From contig NC_135662.1 in NCBI RefSeq assembly GCF_964188315.1, forward strand, positions 87,296,001 through 87,360,000: 64,000 nt of DNA. The letters run 5' to 3'. The notes beneath the pieces were generated by a model. That model was not told the origin of the DNA, did no database searches, and saw only the letters and a list, made by a program, of their open reading frames with translations. Of the stretch, positions 60,560 through 64,000 are shown one piece after another; position 1 is the first letter of the stretch, and each line of letters starts with the position of its first letter. The stretch is from Podarcis muralis (taxonomy: Eukaryota). Made by a program: the position numbers and the translations under genes.

Positions 60560-61400
60560 CGGCGGCTCACCTTCTGAGCAAGGCCCCCTGGCTGGCACTC
60601 GGCCGCAGGAGAAGGGAGCGGGGCGGGCGAGGCCGGCCGGGCTCCTGGGGCCAGAGGCCACCTGCGAAGCGCCGCCCGGGCCCTGACCAAGGGCCTCCGT
60701 CTCCGCCGCCGCCTCCTCCTCGGCGCATGCGGGCCTGGCGTCCTTTGCCCTTCCCCTCCGGATCCGGCCCGCCACGTCACACCGAGGGCGCGTCTCGCTG
60801 AGGGGGAGGCCATGGCGGAGCTCTACGTGAAGCCGGGTGAGGGGGCGCCGGAGGGGCGGGCGGGCGAGAGGGCGGGCGGGCTGCCGGCGGAGGGGCGGCC
60901 TTGACGTCTCGCTTTCCTTTCCAGGGAACCGGGAGCGCGGCTGGAACGACCCGCCTCAGTTCTCGTACGGCCTGCAGCAGCTTCAGGCTTCCGGGGCAGG
61001 AGGCGGCGGCGGCGGCGGCAAGCGGGGGATCCTGACGCGACGCCCGGCAGCGGCTCCGGGAGCAGCACCGCCGCCGCCGCCCCCTCTTCCTCCTCACGGG
61101 CCAGGTGAGGAGACGCTGAGATGCTTTCTTCCTTTTCGTTTTCGTTTTCGTNNNNNNNNNNNNNNNNNNNNNNNNNNNNNNNNNNNNNNNNNNNNNNNNN
61201 NNNNNNNNNNNNNNNNNNNNNNNNNNNNNNNNNNNNNNNNNNNNNNNNNNNNNNNNNNNNNNNNNNNNNNNNNNNNNNNNNNNNNNCGTAGAAACCAAAC
61301 CAAACTCGGGACTATAAAATCAAGGTTCCCACCCAAATCCGCTTCGCGGGCGGATTCGCCCTCTCCGTCCCGATACGTTCACTTATTCAGTCATCCATCT
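60560..61400. promoter_or_regulatory. CpG island / promoter of SRA1
   Basis: Very high GC and CpG density around SRA1 exons 1-2; CRE/ATF-like CACGTCAC at 60773-60780. Confidence 0.75.
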
Positions 61401-63816
61401 ATTTGTTTCATGGAATTTGTAGACAAGCCAGCCAACAGCCCCTGCAAGCGGCTGTCTTAATGGGACCCCTGGAGGAGCCTCTGGGACTCTCCATCTCTTC
61501 CTGTGCTGAGATGGGTCAAGTTCCCCACACCTCCAGAGGCTCTTCCTTCCTTCCTCTCTCTCCCTCCCTCCTGTAGCCAACTTCACTCCAAGCCCTAGGG
61601 CCTCCTGTAGAAGGGCTGCTCAGGAGTCTTGCTTGCATTATTAGTTTTTTTAAAAAATAAATGTACCCATAAGAAACATGCAAAGAGCTGAAGCTATTAG
61701 AAAGGGCAAAATACATAAAACAGAATGAAATACATTAAACAGTTAGCTTAATTATTAAAACCAGACATTATGTCAGGATAAGAGCTTGCTCCCCTGAAGA
61801 CCTCAACTTGTCACCCCCACAAACGTCTCCCTAAATTGCCACTCTAAAGGCAAAGCTGGCTGTTTTTTATTTGTGCTCTAATGTTATTCAAATACCCAGT
61901 CGATCTCCCACCTGTGAGATTTAACTTGTTGAACAAGGCTGCTCTTAATTCTCAGACTGGGCAACCAGTCTAGTGGGGTAAGTCTTCAGGCAGATTTCCT
62001 CCATGTGAGCAAACTCTCTTCATAAGGGATCCAGCAATAGTGCCCTTCAACTATGGCAGAACGCATAGGCTGGAACTGCAGAGCTGTAAAGGCTTTTCTC
62101 TGTTTGATATTTGGGATGCTGGTTATATAGTGAGGGCAAGGAGTCTAAATGGGTAGTTTGGCATACCAAGGGGCAAATTCGGACAGACAAGCAGAAGTGT
62201 AATCAGCACAAAAATTATGCTTTAAAATATGAGATTTCATGTGGCGAGATGTCCAAACTCAGAATGTCCAAAGGAAGGCCATGCTTATCAATAACTTGTA
62301 GCATTTCCTAATTCCAAGATGGATTTGAAGATCATAATGTAAAACAGAAATAAAAGTCAGTTCCAGAGATTGACTGGCACACAGCAGGAATCACACAGGA
62401 ATTTTTCTCTAAGAATATCACAAGTGTGACTATGGGTTCCCACAATGAAGAGTGCTGTGAGAGGCCTGTGAAAATTTCTCAAACGAGTCCAGTCTGCCTT
62501 CAGTTTGCCAGTTGTACCCAGAATTCATTAAAGTCTTTTGTTAAGAGTTCTCAGCTGGTCTTGTATATGGTTTAGGTTTTGAAGCTGGGCCAGGATATTT
62601 TGTAAAGTAGCTGTGTTCGCGTCTGCCTGTTAATGCTCAGTAGCCTTTGAGTCAGCTTTTTTTTTTTTGCATCAGCCATATTATTTTCAGTGTTAGTTTC
62701 TGCTGCTTTTTTTCTTTCAGCACCTCTCTTGTTGGTAGACATGGTGATTTATCTTAAGTAGTAAAGAGATAGTAGAAAGTTCATTTACCATTTGACATTA
62801 ATCTTTTGGCAGCACAGAGCTGCTTTCCAAGTATTTAGTCGGAGCGATCAGAAGGACGTCCCTCACAGCTCCATTCCCAGACTGGAGGCCCCACCCCTTT
62901 CTTCTTGGAGAAAGTTGTGACCTGCTTAAAGATTACTGATGCAATTCCTGGACCCACCTCAGAATTGCACTCTTTCTGCTAGTGGTTTCCCATCAGATAT
63001 ATCTATTTAAAAATATTCTGTGAAACTCTCAACATGAAACTGCTTCATCCAGCCCCATTTTTAAAGGGATCAATAGGTATTCTTCAGAAAAAACTGGTCA
63101 TCCTCTGAGAGCTATTTGGTTTTGATCAGGAGGTTGGGTTTTTGTGTGATGTGTGTTCTAAGGAAGTGTGTGCAGAAATTCTGAGGGTGGGAACTACATA
63201 ACTGAATCAAATTTATTTATTTACTTACACAAATACTGCTATTCTTAAAAAAAATCAAAGCTGTGTACAACAATTGTACATAAAAACATACAACAAAAAA
63301 TATACAAAGTTGAAATCAGCTAACTATTGTGGAAAGTTGTGTTCTTAATTCCCTGCATAAGCCTGATGGAATAGAGAAGTTTTCATCAGATGTTTAAAAG
63401 TTGAAACAGAAGGTGTCTGCTGAACCTCTGTTGACAGAGCGTTCCACAATACTGGGCAAATGACATAAAAGTCTTGGTTTCTATCTAAGGGGTGTGGCTT
63501 GGCTTTGCTTTGCTTGCCCGATTCTGAGACCCAGAATTCGATTTTCTCTTTGTACTATACACTGGTTGTATGCTTGATTGTGTCTTTCTCCTGACTTGTA
63601 TTTTTAGCACCTGGTCCAGAAAGTGCTACCTGCTCAGCAGCATCGTCAGCTCTTCCACCGCCACCGGTGGGCTTGCCTCCTCCTGGTTTGCCAGGCCGCT
63701 CTGTGAGGGTAGATGCCACAAACCAACCCGTCACTGAGGCTGGAGAGGATTGCCATGTGGAGGATGTTCTCGCCCCCTTGAATGAGGCTCTGGCCAATTG
63801 CAGGAGATCTGTACCA
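60812..63816 (+). CDS. SRA1: Steroid receptor RNA activator 1 protein (SRAP), first three coding exons; the gene continues beyond the window
   Basis: Exons 60812-60836 (MAELYVKP), 60925-61104 ([18 protein letters not shown]...), 63608-63816 (...[20 protein letters not shown]). GT-AG introns with matching phases; the N-terminus is the SRA1 signature. Confidence 0.93.
61152..61286. other. Assembly gap (135 N) in SRA1 intron 2
   Basis: Run of N preceded by (TTTTCG)n. Confidence 0.99.
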
Positions 63817-64000
63817 GTAAGTAGAATTGCTGCCTTTTCAGGATTTCCCCATTTTACTTTGGAGGGAAGAAAGTTCTTTTGCCTCTGTATGAGCAGTTGT
63901 GGTCTGCTTCGTTGTACTGAAATGATTAGTTGATCAGCTAGAGCAGAGGGTGTGGGGGCACATTTGGAAATCTGAGAAGGTGTAATGGGCACCATTTCAC

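Noticed and set aside
60777-61460. ORFs containing X runs
   Set aside because: Artefacts of translating through the 135-N gap and the GC-rich island.
1-64000. Prokaryotic features (CRISPR arrays, operons, rRNA, genuine tRNA genes)
   Set aside because: The sequence is intron-rich vertebrate DNA; the tRNA-like A/B boxes seen belong to SINE heads.

Overview
Vertebrate genomic DNA, most likely a lacertid lizard: it carries Sauria SINEs, squamate BovB, and CR1, L2 and Penelope relics. The window is syntenic to the mammalian CD14-SLC35A4-APBB3-SRA1 block. Recognisable genes are CD14 (+), the bicistronic SLC35A4 locus (-; nucleotide-sugar transporter plus a 3-exon 103-aa upstream-ORF microprotein), APBB3/FE65L2 (+; 13 exons including a 6-nt microexon) and the 5' part of SRA1 (+). 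The main result is a 17-exon, 633-aa gene on + (4791-23461) that the ORF track does not show. I reconstructed it by hand with consistent splice phases. It encodes an N-terminal kinesin motor-homology domain in which P-loop, switch I and switch II are all degenerate, followed by coiled coil and a C-terminal LC8-type KATQT motif, so it is a candidate vertebrate pseudokinesin. From memory its probable mouse counterpart is the uncharacterised E230025N22Rik (unverified). Other notable elements: an RT-less Ty1/copia element with identical 404-bp LTRs in APBB3 intron 11, a minimal type I hammerhead ribozyme of Penelope type in an intron of the kinesin-like gene, and hairpin-rich MITEs in SLC35A4 intron 2. 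There is one 135-N assembly gap.
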